Below, piece after piece: positions 26,744 to 47,336 of a stretch of DNA of 64,000 bases. A program made the translations under genes and the position numbers. The notes under the pieces were generated by a model. The model did no database searches, was not told the origin of the DNA, and saw nothing but the letters and a program-made list of their open reading frames with translations. The first letter of the stretch is position 1. Each line of letters begins with the position of its first letter. The stretch is from Trichoplax adhaerens (lineage: Eukaryota > Animalia > Placozoa): contig NW_002060946.1 of assembly GCF_000150275.1 (NCBI RefSeq), forward strand, positions 5,556,597 through 5,620,596, in the 5' to 3' direction.

Positions 26744-29700
26744 AATGAATGATTTCTTCTTCTTTTGGACTGATGACGTGGCAAGATAGAAATAGTAACC
26801 GGCTAAAATAGGATTTAAATTTCTTGGACAGGAAATAGACGAGTACAGAGCAATTATTTCTGCAATCGGTCAAAATTATTTCTTATAAAATCTAATAAAG
26901 GACAGATTAAATCTTGAGGAAAAACGGTTCCAATTTGCGGAACAGTAATAGAAATAAAACAATCTTTACAAATGAGGTAATGGCTAGTACAAGCACGCTG
27001 AAGTTAACCTGGATAGTATACCAAATAAATAGGATACAATTCGACGTTCAGTCGGCCACGCTAACTCAGATCGACGTTGTTTTTATTACTGCATAAATAA
27101 CTTATACAAATATACAATCAATTCGATAAGATCAACAGAAAAACAAGAAAGGTTTATTGTTTCAGAAAAATTTAACTTACGGATAAACCGCCATAACTTA
27201 CTTGAAATATACCTATCCTGGCAATGGACGGTACAAAATTTTCTATACATAAAATAAGGTAGAAAGTGGGCAGAATATGGCAATGTTATTAAGTAAACTT
27301 GATTTGAATTTCTTCCATTGCAATAATGTATCGAATCGTTACTATCCCAAAATCGCCTTCTAAGTATACTGGTAGTACTGGCTAATCAATGATTTTAATT
27401 AGTTTAACTTATACTCCAAAATAAAACACATTCATTATTATGATGAAAGTACTTCTACTGTATAAGCAATAAACGCCCTTCTCGTCGAGGGAATGAATAA
27501 CAACCCTTTCCAACTTAGCCTGTAGTAAAGAAAGATCATTTGTATTAGAGTGAATTTGGACTTTCCACAGTTGGATAAAATTCATCCCATCGATACTACT
27601 CAAGCTACTTAAATTTATATTATTATGATGAAAGTACTCCTACTGTAGAGCAATAAATACTTTTCTAATTTGAGAGAGCTAAAACAGATTTTTGCAATTT
27701 ATACGTTAGCAGAGAATAGCTACCATGTTAAAGTGAATATGGACAATTTAGTTCTTTTCAATAATACATGTTAATCCGATCGATCATATCCCCCAAAAAC
27801 TACCTTGTAGGTATATTCACAGTACGGGTAAATAAATAGTCGCAATTTGCTTCACCTATACCTCAGATCAAAAGTAGATCCATTTGTTGTGATGAAAGTA
27901 CCCTTATTATATGAGCAATAATTAGTCTTCTAGAAAAGTAGTAGAACTTCAACAGCTTCCAACATTCTGCTTCAATTGAAATATCACAAACTCCAATACT
28001 AAATGATTATACTAAGAGTTTAATAAAAGATCCAAATTCCGTTAGCCTTTACCTTCATCAAGATAAATTTAATAGCTGAAAGGCATACTCATAGCTAGCT
28101 ACAAGTCCTTTTCGAAGAAACTGTTAGTATTGATATACTTATGATTGGGTGTTTTCAATAATATATTTTGATTAAAATTAGGTAAGGTAAACTCAAAGAT
28201 TTCTGAATGGATAAATGAAGAGTTTATTAAAGATTCAATCTCCTTGAACCCTTGATCAAAATAGATTCATTCATTAAAATAAAGGCACTCCTATAAACGT
28301 TTTCTAAGAAATTATTGGTATTGATATAGCTACAACAGCCTTTTTTTCTAATATTCTGTATAATTGAATTATCGTAGGATAAATAAACAGCTTAAATATG
28401 CTAGACATGATCTTGATAAATAACTTATTAGACTCGTATCTCTATACTTTACAGCATTGATTTTACTTAATTTTCATAGCTCTAATCTTCGATAGCTTAG
28501 ACGATGTAATGAAAATATCAATATCATGCTATTAGTGGATATAGATCATAATTTACAAATATTCCACTTTTCCTACATCTACTTTCAACTATTATATAGG
28601 CAGATAGAGATAGTATGGGGGCCGTCTTGACGCGATAAAAGACGTTAGTTTATGCAAGGAATCATGTAAGTAATAGATAGGAATAATTTGTTAATTTAAG
28701 AGCAACTCCAGGCGGTTAAAATGGTTCTGACGGAGTTTTAAACAAGGATGATTGACTTGTGACGAAGTACATTACAATTGCGATGTAAATGATGACGTTA
28801 ATAACAAAACTGTTGATATTATGATCCATTCTATCTTGATGGGGAATATCCAAACCCCTAGTGTGATTTCGTAAATCCAACACCAATCGTCGATCATTGT
28901 TGAAAAAAAATGTTTTAACATCGTTTAAATGACGACATCCACCTAAGGGTGAGGACCGATTTTTATTTTGTTTATCTGATCTAGATGTATGCAGGATTAT
29001 ATACTAAATATCGTGTAATATACGAATTAATTATCTGGAATACATGACTGACAAGATCAAAAGCGAACAGACTGTTTTATTAGAGTATTTTCTGTTGAAA
29101 AAATCAGTCATTATAATGTTATCCTATCTACAGATATACTGTATCAAGTACAGCATAACCCGATTAGCTATAATTTACGTGTATGTGGGAGATTATCTTT
29201 ATTCTCTTTTAATTATTTAATATTGATTAATCTTTATAACGAATCATTTGTTAATATGCAATCAATACTGAACATGCAGTAGCTGACAGTCTGAATATTG
29301 CCCTGTTAAAGCACGATCATTATCATTTAATCCTATATCTAGAAAAATATATGAACAATTCGATTATGTATAATTTACTAGTTTATAAGAAATCGTTTTG
29401 ATTTTCTTAATATTAATCGGCAGTTTACCTTTAGATTAAGCAGATCAATTACGGTATGATCTTCACTTAGAAAAAAGGCCTCATTTAGGTTGTTGATTAT
29501 ATAGTTATTACACTACAGTGCTTTGCAATCTTCGTACTTGCAACACATTTTAAATCAAATGGATTAAGTAAACAATAAAGAACCTACACAGCGCAGCTGC
29601 AGAGTGAATTTTCAAAACTAAAAACGTTTTAATGCAAAATTTATTCACCCTTCTAAGGATGCTGTATAATTGCATAACTAGTAGTGATATTGTAATTTTA

Positions 29701-30139
29701 CACTCATCACGCCTTGATGAGGACAGTCTAATAAACAAAAAAATACGAGAAAACATTATAATACAGGTTGTACGTAAACCCTATTTACATTAAAGTTTTA
29801 AAATTATAAATGTAGATCATGTCAATCGTTGCAATTTATGGTAGCCCGGGTGTGATAGCATAATATACATCGTATTACAGAATCAATGGTTTACATACGA
29901 TTAAAATCATAAATAACAGAAATTCTGTCAAACTACAATTGCATGATGTTTCATGAAAATCATTATATGCAACGAAAGCCACAATAAATATTACACGAGT
30001 ACTTTACTAAGCCTTGCATAATTTCAGATTACTTTTCAAATAGAATTTTTTTCATGACCTACTTCAATGCCCAGAGTGAGCTTATCAGACATTAAATTAA
30101 CTAGTAAAATTGAATACTATATATACACGTAACAGAGGC

Positions 30140-36633
<6,494 letters not shown>

Positions 36634-36829
36634 ATCGGCCGCTATTTCAAACGATTTCTTCAATTTCTAGTCACAAATAGGCAGCAAGAATTGCAATCTT
36701 TGCTCGCTGGCCTTTTCAAATGATTGAATTAGAGCCCGCTAACGTTGTCGTTACTACGCAGTCGTGATGCTACAGTCTAAAATGGGGTAGCCGACGGCTG
36801 TCAGACCAGCCACTCAGTATGAGTGCAAT

Positions 36830-37270
36830 GGTACCCTTGTATCGTACCGTATATAGTGTATCTTTCTTCTTCATACAGTACTGCACTGTAGTTATAGTGC
36901 ACTGTACACTGTAGAAAACAAAATTTAGGCCTACTATCTGCTACCTGTAGTTGTCGATACAGTACAGCATTTTGACCCAATGACTGGTCATAAATGGTGT
37001 ATGACTGGAAATAGCACGGTAGTACTGATACCCAAACAGGAGTTGTTGTAATAGAGTTTACTAGGCCTTTTACTCCATCGACTTGGAGGAAAAAGGCCTA
37101 AAAGCCTAAAGGAGATGCCTGCAAAACTGCTCGGTGCTAGCGGACGGTTGGAAATGACTAACTCACAATTTTCGTTATTATTTCTTCAATAATGAGCCAT
37201 AAATCTACTGACAGTACAGTAGTAGCAGTATGGACTTCTAGTCTAGACTGGAGTCTACTACAATCAGGCC
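36830..37270. promoter_or_regulatory. Bidirectional promoter region DHX38(-)/unknown gene(+)
   Basis: tacagtac, gtaccgta and actgtac words between head-to-head genes; hairpin at 37062-37100. Confidence 0.5.
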
Positions 37271-38026
37271 CTCCGAATATTGTATAGTATTGTATAATGT
37301 AATGAAATAGACTAGAGTCTGATTAATTTCGATGGCACCTGGAAAGAATGCAAAGTTAAATCAAGCTCAAACTAGCACAATTTTATTTATTTCATAGATA
37401 TCCTTCTACGTGTACATATCAATATTACTCGAGAATTTCAACACAATACAACTTTGATTTTCAACCATGGGGTACCATCGAAGTCAATCAGACTTGTACG
37501 TTATTGTAGATGGCCCAGAGTCCAACAAATTTATGGACTCGAAGCAAAATATGATCTATGGGCATACTGGATCTTTCGTAGTCCTATTAACGGACGCGTA
37601 CTTTGCATTTTTGCCTACAACTTATATAAGACAGATTATTTGGAGGATTTCGATAATATTGATGCCCAAACATGATCTGCAAAAGACACCAATCTCAATA
37701 TTGCAATGGAAGATACTTGACTACGCTAGCACAACTACGAATACAACAAACACCTGTTGATTCATTTTGCATGGGTTGAGGATGGACAGGATGGACATCA
37801 AGTCTATCCTGATTTAATGCGATAGTAGTAGTTAAGTTATCTTAACAACTGCTGAGCTAGACTTTGCATGGCGTTTACTCCTCACGAATAGAACGTCAAC
37901 ATCGGCTGATTGAGGGTAAAACAGGGCCTACAAGAATGATATCAAGTCTATTCCAATGAGATTATTCTGATTAGTAAATCTAGTCATTATCGTTTCATTG
38001 CAGTACGGTGTATAACAATTGCTGCC

Positions 38027-40319
38027 ATGTCTGCGCGAACCAATGGATATTTCACCATGGTGATCAATTCTATCCAATCGGATATTGACTCTAGTGGTAA
38101 AGCGAGCATCGCTCATTCTATGCCGGTAGTTCAACCAACAGAAGGAAAGTTTGTAATCTTATGCTCTAATCGGAATATTCCACCGCCTCAGGACTCTCAT
38201 AATCATTATCAGTTGTTATTATGGTCTGGATTGAAACCATTCAAGATATATCAAACGGTAATAATCTATCACTAATGGCGTCATGCAAGTCGTAAATTGT
38301 ATGTTGTCTTCAAAGTCAACGGCAGTAGGAGTATGCACATATATTGAATACTATATAGCGTATAGCCATCAATGGTGTAATGCCTACGTGTAATTCGGTT
38401 TTATGAGCTTAATCGGATAGCTAATACAAATTCGGAAATACAAGTCTGCCGTATACCGCTAGCTACTATTTTAATTGATTAATCTATGGGTATATAGCAT
38501 ATACTGTATAGAAGTTGGTTTATATTTGTATTTGTTATGCAAGGACACAAATATACCATCGTAAAACTGGTTATACAGTACTACTGTAATCGCTAGTAAA
38601 TCCAAGTGTCATTACTGTTTTATGACGCTAATTTATCTTTACAGTTACAAGATACTTGAGAAGTTATTTTACATTCGATTTGAGTATGCAGCATCTACTA
38701 TTATTAGAAGCGTCAATAAAATTTGCATTAATAGACACGCATGTAGCCATATACGAGCATATAGTATAACATGTGCATATGCGTTACATAACTATGAGTG
38801 CTATCTTAATAACCTTTACGCTATACTGTAAACTAAAAAATTGTGAAATGCTTATGAACATTACTAGATTTTACAGTTCCTTACTCGGCACTCGCACAAG
38901 TATCATAGCTTTACAAATAGAGCAATTGAACTCATTAATAAAGCAGTACTTTTAAATAAACCATTTAAAAAACGTGTACTATAGAATGGAAATATCAATC
39001 AAAATGTTAAAATTGTATTCTTTCATTTTTTTAGCTATACGAAGCTGGAGATAACTTCTCCGTAGCTTTCATATCAGAAAATTCCATTGCGAGATTACGA
39101 CTTTATCCCTTGACATGGGCTGGAATTAAAGCAGCGATTAAGAGCTGTTTGCCACTGGCCGAAAAGCGCTTGCAACCATGGCTTGACACTATTGAAAGAG
39201 AATTGAGCAATGATCCAGGTCGATACCTTTATAATAGTGACGATTCTGAGATGCACTATGATACATTCATGAACTTAAGGGAGCCAGTTACTAAAAATCA
39301 AGCCTTGTATTTCCTAACTAGCGAAATGCATGTTCACCAGTTGTATTATGATACTTTACGAAATCTACATCCAGATAATTTACCAGAAAGATATTTATGC
39401 TCAGCTAAAGATTTTACAATGGCTGATTGTGTTGAATTACTACCGTCGCAAATAAGCATACCTGAAGAGACTATCAAGACTTATAGTAATCTTCCTGGTA
39501 TAGTCAATGGTTTCCTAAGTAAAGCAAATGGTCGAGTCTTTGGAAGAATCTGCTCGACACCAACTAGGCAAGAAAGACCCAAGAATCTATCCTATGTGCC
39601 TAGAAGAAAGACGGCTTTTGTTTTTGGACCTGAAACTGTGCAAACCCTTTTATTGCAAAAGAAACCGTATGAAATCTTACTCGAGCTTGGGATGTTACCT
39701 GAAGGAATTCACGAAAAGGTTGTATGCATAGCACTGTACGTAGTTTGCTTAATAGAGAAATCGAAATGAACGAATTAATCACCAATTATCAATTTTATCA
39801 TATTGTTTTTAGTGCTGCATTCGCAAACATGTTTATTGGTTGATATTATTATGTCCAGGCCAATGTGGGTCTAAATTAGATTTTTACGAAGCAACCTGGC
39901 AAGGTGTTGTTGAAGCCATGAAGGTCATTTATCCGCAAGCTTATGATGATCTTTTAATCCATTTGGATGAGATAAAAGCAACAAATATCGAGACTTTCGA
40001 AAAGCAAGCACAATTCAGATTTATTGAAGTGCTGCCTTTCAGAGATAGCTTAAACTACATGTCTTATCAACGATTTTGTAATCTCCCTCATCCGCGTAAA
40101 GCATGGCAAGTCAGACTATTTTTATATTGTGAACTTCGATTACTGGAACTCTTTGCAGGTGATGGCCATACAAAGCTTGAAGATGGTCGAATTGGTGAAA
40201 AGGAGTATCTATGTCGAAATTATAACCTTTTCGATTTAAGTAGGAATCAGTATGTTATACTGCCACTTTCTATTGACATTCCTGACGCAGTTATAAAACA
40301 ATTTGGTCAATCTGAATGA
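38027..40319 (+). CDS. Uncharacterised 473-aa protein with two tandem homologous domains; exons 38027-38257, 39035-39718, 39813-40319
   Basis: gccATG start and two phase-0 GT-AG introns joining three ORFs. Internal repeat: YPLTWAGIKAAIK..P.A...L...LDTI versus YEATWQGVVEAMK..P.A...L...LDEI, and MHYDTFMNL..P....QALYFL versus MSYQRFCNL..P....QVRLFL. Confidence 0.85.
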
Positions 40320-40925
40320 TTAATCAATGATCCTTAGTCTAAAGTATTTTTAATGTTACAGTACAGAACGCACACTAATCAGATGACTTAAATTATCTTT
40401 GTTGCTGTTTATTAAAACAGTACTTTTAATACACGTATAAATGTGGTGAAATAATAATCCAGGTAGACATAGTTCATAACGATGCAAGCGTAAAGGTCAC
40501 TTCTGATTCATAGAAGTAGTAATATAATATGTTGTACAATCATTATTCGTGAATAATATTATTGCTATAATGAACACGAATCTGCGTTTTACAAAACCAG
40601 ATAGTATGATATAGATAAATAATGTTTTAAACACTATTTACTGTACACTGCGAGTAATACCTACAAAATATCTGAACAGGCACATTGAATCTATTTCGTT
40701 TAGAAACCGATATAGTAAAATATTTACACAAATATAATCACTTTAATATAACCAGATACGATATTAAAGTATCGTAGCAATAGTCTCTACTGAAAGAATA
40801 ATATGTAGAGCAAGCTGTCTAAATATGTCTTGAGATATTCATAATAATTTATAATTTATTAATAAAGTAAAAGCTTCAATTCCGCAACAATTGTAGAATT
40901 AAGAAGATCATATATTAGATACTGG

Positions 40926-43900
40926 TTAATTTGATAACGCTATTTCCTCAATAATAAACGTAGTTCTATTATTGCACTTATTAATTAGTTTCTTCCGTAC
41001 GTAACCATTAAGAGGGCCAATCTTATTTCCTTTCAAATATCCCAAATCCTAGTTTGAAACATTTTTGCTTACTTAAAATGATTATGTAATTAATTATATC
41101 GTGTCATCGGTTTGCATTGTAATTTACCTCTGTAGGACAAGATCGTAGACGTTCAGGGGCTATAAGATTGCCTAATACTATATCATTTATCTATAGAGAT
41201 TTAACTTCATCGTCAATTTTATCAGCGTCTACTTTTTATTTCAAACACTTCATTAACGCATTTAAAAATGAATACATACCGTCATCTTTAAGTCAAAGCA
41301 TTGAGCAATACTCTCTTCTGTTTCAAGGCTGGCTTGAACTTCAAAGCCAAGCTTGCATGTAATTTGACTCGGTTTACATTTATGACACCGGCGCACGTAT
41401 CTACGGAACGAAATAGGATATATAAATACAATAAACCTACTAATTTCTATGTAACCTGTTAAAAGATACAAAATATTTCTTCAATTTTTTACCTATCATC
41501 ATATATAAAGTTCTTTTTCTTGCAAGCCATACAATGGAAATAGAATTTTATTGATTCTTTATCAAGATCTAGTAGCTGACCTGTCAGTTCATCAATTTAA
41601 AGTATTAATAGATCTAAACAAGAATAGTACAAAGCATTCACAAAACATTGCTAACCTTCAATACAAACTAAGTTTCGATTAGTATTACTAAGTTGCAACC
41701 TTCGCAGACTTTTGAGATCAATACTTAGCAAATTATTATAAATATTATCGGGTATTCCTATGGTTTCATTTTTCTAAATTATATAATTAAAAAAGGATTT
41801 ATATCAGAATCAGTAATTGCTATCATAAATAATCTTAGTAATACTATAATTATCTACAATATACCACGTCTTTTTCCGATGTTGCTTTACAAACAATAGA
41901 ATAACGATCAGCGAAAAAGTTGCAATTTGAATCTAGAAAGAATCAACAAAAAATTTATAAAGGACAATTAATCAGTCGCTAATTAACGGGAAGAATGAAA
42001 CGCGATTTGCCCTTGCCTTTTTTCTTAATGCAGAGATCTTTAATATATAGAAGACAATTTTTCTCACCAAGGCATTGAACCAAAGAATTTAGTAAAACAA
42101 CAGTCTTGTCCAAATGGATCATTACAATAGGTTCATTCCTTAACAATTGTGAAGTATTACAATCATTGCTTTCGTTGGGTGTTCGCGGGATACTTTTACT
42201 AAGTATACTGCTGTCCGTTGCATATACGTATAATCCCAGTTGAGAAAATGAAACATTAGAAGAACTGATTTGCTGAATATTAGAATTTGGATCATCATCA
42301 TGTCTTATGTAGACAACTTTGACCGCCGTGCTAACTCGTTGACATTCTCCCGATAACATTTTAACCGAATATAAGGAGCTAATCTTAGGGTAAGAATAAG
42401 CATCAAAGCTTGCTGTGATTGATTCGTAGAGATATTCCTCATTAGAGGGAATCAGAGTAGCCGAAGATTCTCCAGCACGAGCAGTAAGAATATAACAATT
42501 TGAACAAGAATTGTTGTTATCGATATTTTGTAAATTTTTGTATTCATTGTCGTCATTTAAAGGTAACGATTTCAGTAAGCTAAATAGTACTGGAGATTTC
42601 TGACTGTTCGTTCGATTAGCTACGTCTAAATTGGAAAATTTGAAGCACTTTCCTTCACCTTCCCTTAAGCAATGATGCCAACTGTTTAGCTGACTCACTT
42701 GACAGTCTACTATGATTTCGGTAAAAGTTCCGCAGAGATCTTGTACAATGAGCATCCACTTCTGTTGGCAATATGAGCTAGAGCTTGATGCCCTATGGAT
42801 AATACTTTTAACGACATTGTTTTTTCTTGAGTCTGTCCTTGAACTCGTAGAATTTCTTGCAATAGTACTACAGATTCTTTGTATTCTGCCAATAAATGAT
42901 ACACTATTTGGGTGCTTAAATAGAGAGCTACTTTCAATTGCTGCATGTAGTGACGTACTAGACCCGTAAAGTGATCCATCATCTGAACTTGTTACTAAAG
43001 TTAGCGAACTCTTTATGGATCGAGTTTCATTCTTGGTCTGATCAAACTCGTTACCAGCTTTGCTTTCATCTGACCCTATTGAAGACAAATTGCTACTATG
43101 GAATATTAAACGACGACGACGAAGATCCTATAACGTAAACATGAAAGTAAAGTAGTACTATTAATCGCGTATTTAAATATATTATCTAAGCAATAGGTTA
43201 GTACAAAATGCTGAAACGGTAAGGCGTTGCATGAATATAATAAAAGAAATATTAAAGAACCTTGGATAGTGGTATTCGACTCTCATCAGGGCTAAGAGCG
43301 CTACGAGAAGAATTGAGCAGTTTTTCTGACGATGGATAAATAGTTAACGATAAGTACGTGCAAGCGTCATGTTTGTGACGTTAAATAAGAGGTAACTTAC
43401 GAATATCTACTGCTGTTCTGACGCCACTGTTTTGGCTACCATCTCCAACAATGCTTTCTGTTTTCGTATTACTAAGAATACCGAAGTATGTACATATAAG
43501 AACTGGAGAGTCCTTAGCTGGAATGTCCAGCCTCTGCCTAAAACAGCAATCAAAGATTTCAATTTAACACTACCAGTTTTATGTAGACACAACTCTGTAA
43601 AAATATCGTTACCAAGGCTCAAAAATTTCCACACAATCGCCAGTTTTGTATTTTATTGATGTTTTAGTTTCACCAGTAAAAATAGCAATCACATGGGAGT
43701 AATTTGATAAATCATCATCCTTTTCGGTTTGACCAATTTGATTATGTTTGACAACATTGCAGAAGGTTATAGATAAACCATAAGACTTGCATTCTGTTAA
43801 GATTTGAACTTCTATGGACGATTTCTTTTCTATATTGAACACAGACGTTAACAATATTACAACAGGCATTTATGATACTGACTATAACGCCACCTATGCA

Positions 43901-45244
43901 ACTATACAGAGGTAACGGTTACGCAGCATTATAATTAATTTCATCAACCTAATGTGGCGGTTTCTTCTTTTCTTTTTTACTGAATTGGGCGGACTTTCTA
44001 CAAAATTTTCATCCATTGAAGGGCTATCACGGCTGGTCAATTCTTTTATAAATTCACTGGCTTTTCGTTTACGCATTAGAACTTTATGCGATGTCAGTTG
44101 CTTGCTACTTAGCAGAGGGGTTGAAGTCACATTGGTTTTAACATTTTCAGGAGAGCTACTGGCTATGCTGTTAATTGATGATGAAGGTGATGATATATTT
44201 TTTGACGATGGAGTTTTGTAATTCGATGAAGTCGTTAATTCACTTTTAATCGAAGAAAAAGATGTTTGTCCTGTAATTTCCTAGAGATTTGAATAGGTAC
44301 AATTAATGTAAAGTAAGGAATATGGTCAAAAAATAGAAATACTTCCAGATACTATATAATACGCACAGTGTAATCTATTAGCATAGTGCTCACAGGTGAG
44401 CATAGACAAGTGCAAGCATTGATTTCTTCCAAGCCATTAGAATAAGTACAATGACGTATAAAGAATTATCGACTTGTATAAATAACTTTCTCACCTCTTC
44501 TGCTGCAACCAGCTCTTCATCATCTGATGAATCAAAGTCGTAAATATCTTCAACCTGAATAGTAGAAAATCGATATTAGTAATATCCAAGGATAAGAACA
44601 TATATCATTCATGTTGGTCATGATTAAACAACTACCTGACTACTGTTAACGATCGTTTTGGCCTTCGTTTCATCTAATGCTTCGGCTACTAAAATATCAC
44701 TTCCATTATCGATTGTATCTTCTACTTCAGGCCAAGTTAAAGAGTCGCCATCACTCCACACTATATCATCTCCATTTTCGATATCGTCCATGCTGACAAA
44801 CGAATTTTTTCTACATTGACAAATGGATAGCATCAAAAAGCTGTTATAGTTACAAGTTTGTCATGCCATCGTACACTACATGATGGTAATGCAAATATAC
44901 ACAACGCAGCATTCAATTCTTGACTTAAACAATTGCGTTGCATTTAACCTACTTTGATAAGTCAGCTTCTACTTTTACAAGACTTTGCTCTAGCAGATAA
45001 TCGTCATCGCTGTTGTCATTCTATAATCATTAAGTATATAATTTGATTCATTTTGTATAGGTTATGTGGCAATCCAGTATTTATCACTTTTGGAGTTGAT
45101 AATTTCGAGTAATAGTAATAAGTCTAATACCGGGTCAAGTTTAATTTAATAAAACTGAGCCTGTACAGTAGATGGAAATTTGAAAGTAATTGGATGGCTA
45201 ACCTGAGCGAATTGATCTGAACGGTTATGATTCCGAATACTCAT
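40926..45244 (-). CDS. SPIDR: DNA repair scaffolding protein SPIDR-like (OB folds, Zn ribbon); start codon tentative
   Basis: GDCVEIFEPW, WMLIVQDLCGTFTEI and EGKCFKF..VLFSLLKSLP resemble SPIDR (DTVRIFPPW, LLVQDACGMFGEV, GIFSLIDTLWP). C-terminal CMAC..CHKC; stop at 40926-40928. The ATG at 45244 is preceded by an in-frame stop. Confidence 0.8.
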
Positions 45245-46826
45245 CTTTCACCGCCTACCAATAATAGGAATAAAAATACAATTGAGTCAGTTCGATTTGG
45301 TTAGCACATTGTAGCTTGTTTTTCTGTTAATATTTTTAGTTTAATCATGAATCTCTTGGTTCAAGGTATGCACGGTACTCGTCTGTCTCCATTCCAGATG
45401 GAGAAATTATAACTTGTAGATATTATCAAGTTATTGGAGGGGAAAAAGAAGAACAATAAAAGCAAGTTTATCGTTCAATAGTTTTAATATTTCCTGCCCT
45501 GATCCTCTATGCAACTTTGTAATAATTTCACTGACTGGTATGAATGAATAATTCGATAATGAACGGCCAATATAGCTCGTTGAGAAAGGCAAGCCATTTT
45601 GTAAGTTTGAAGTACACTAGTATTAGTCCATGGCTGCAAATCAGCAGTATCATTCCTGAGATTTATCATCTCAATTATCGATATGAATACGAATAGTTTT
45701 GTCCATTTAGTTCATTTGTCTGCCATTGCAGCTGAATCATCAGCTCTAAAGGTGTAAAATCTTGTTCATTTGTGCAAGTTACTGAAACCTGAACAGAGCT
45801 TATGATATAAGCAAATATTACATGACTGTGAATACTTTACACTACATATCCTAAACATTAATTGAAATCGATGGTTCCTGAAGGGTGAAGGTAAAACCAG
45901 TAAAATTAATGGCTGATAAAGACAATTTTGTAGACAATATCAAGCAGTTTATGGAAGAGGGTTAAGGATAGTTCGATAGGTATTGATGTATCAACAGCTG
46001 CAACATGGAATGCACACTTGTAGACAAGGTTGTAGGTACTCTACTTACCAATGGAGGTTAACTTCTTGTCCACTATTGCAGCAACCTAATCCAGAAAATT
46101 AGGTATAGTATGCAATTTTAGGCTTGCAATAAGATTGTTAAAGTGCCATCTATCAGAATGTCTAGTTTAGCCCAAAGGACAGAGCATACTCCTAGTCAGG
46201 TGGGTTAAAAACTGGAGTTAAAAGTCGAAACACGGTGCTCGGAGCTACAAGAAGACTTGAAAAGTAGCAGTAAACTAAATGTTTGTACATCTATCTTTTT
46301 AAGCAAAAACGATTTGTATCTTTTAGGCTGTCTCAGGCGGCACAAAATGTTATCCCGTAGAGACCTAATAGACTCTCATTTCGGCAGTTTCAAGCTGGAA
46401 GATTGCAACTTTTCTAGGTTTTCCACAAGCTCTGATTGAAGGATAATAATGATATTTGCTACCCAGCTAAGAAGTTTCGACTTTGGAATGGCGGTAGGCC
46501 GTCTATACTTTTGCATACTGAAATTGAAGTACTGTCCCTTGTGGTACTAAATTACCTATAGTAATTAAGCATAGTAATTGAGTCAATCCAGGACTGTATA
46601 CTTCAACTAGTACAATAAGAACAATATGTGTCAAATAGATGTCACAAAAGGGCATGTCAAGTCTGTACTTGGCGCTGCAAATTGCTACCTCAATGCACGA
46701 CATCTGTTTTACATCAACTTGCATGGATGGAGACTATCGAGAATATGAAAAAGGCAAAACTGCGAATGGCAAAGAAAGCAAACTACAGGATCAATTTAGG
46801 GACTTATAATGGTAGATAGACCATGA

Positions 46827-47185
46827 AGATCTCTTCTTGTACATAGAGTTTCTTCTTTATAGTACAGTACTGCTAGTGAAGAAATGGCTAGGCGGATAGC
46901 ATACCGACAACTGGATACTTTTCGTAAATACTACTGTACAGCTTTAGCATAAGCCTCTGGCGAGGAAAGCAAGGCACAGGATAAGCCTACTGCAGATCCA
47001 ATGAAGGGTTAGAACATCAAGATCTCTACTCATATGTGGACTTTCTTCCTTATAGTACAGTACTGATAGTGAAGAAATGGATAGACGGATAGCATACTGA
47101 CAACTGGATACTTCTCGTCAATACTACAGCTTAAGCTAATGCCTTTGCAAGAAAAGCAAGGTCAGAATAAGCCTACTGCAGATCT
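46827..47185. repeat. Tandem duplication, 2 copies, period about 192 bp
   Basis: aagatctct..tatagtacagtactg.tagtgaagaaatgg..gcctactgcagatc occurs twice (about 46827 and 47019). Confidence 0.9.
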
Positions 47186-47336
47186 AATAAAAAATGCAAC
47201 ACTGCAGAAATGGATTTGCACAAAGTTCTACACAATCTTCGTATAAGGTAGCTTTGACTGCTTGGGCTTGTAAATGTGCTTCATTTCGTGCCCAACACTG
47301 TGCACGACATGACTGAAGACATAAGCATCCTGCCAT
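47184..47336 (-). pseudogene. Truncated third copy of the Cys-rich bPH-like gene family
   Basis: Reads GCLCLQSCRAQCWARNEAHLQAQAVKATLYEDCVELCANPFLQCCIFY*, aligning to exon 1 of both paralogs. There is an upstream in-frame stop and no exon 2. Confidence 0.8.

Noticed and set aside
37062-37140. Helitron-like 3' hairpin
   Set aside because: No CTRR terminus at the expected 10-15 nt spacing and no 5' end or helicase remnants.
37454-37760. 97-aa and 73-aa ORFs upstream of the two-domain gene
   Set aside because: No motif and no in-frame splice route found; more likely 5'UTR or intron (acceptor at about 38003).
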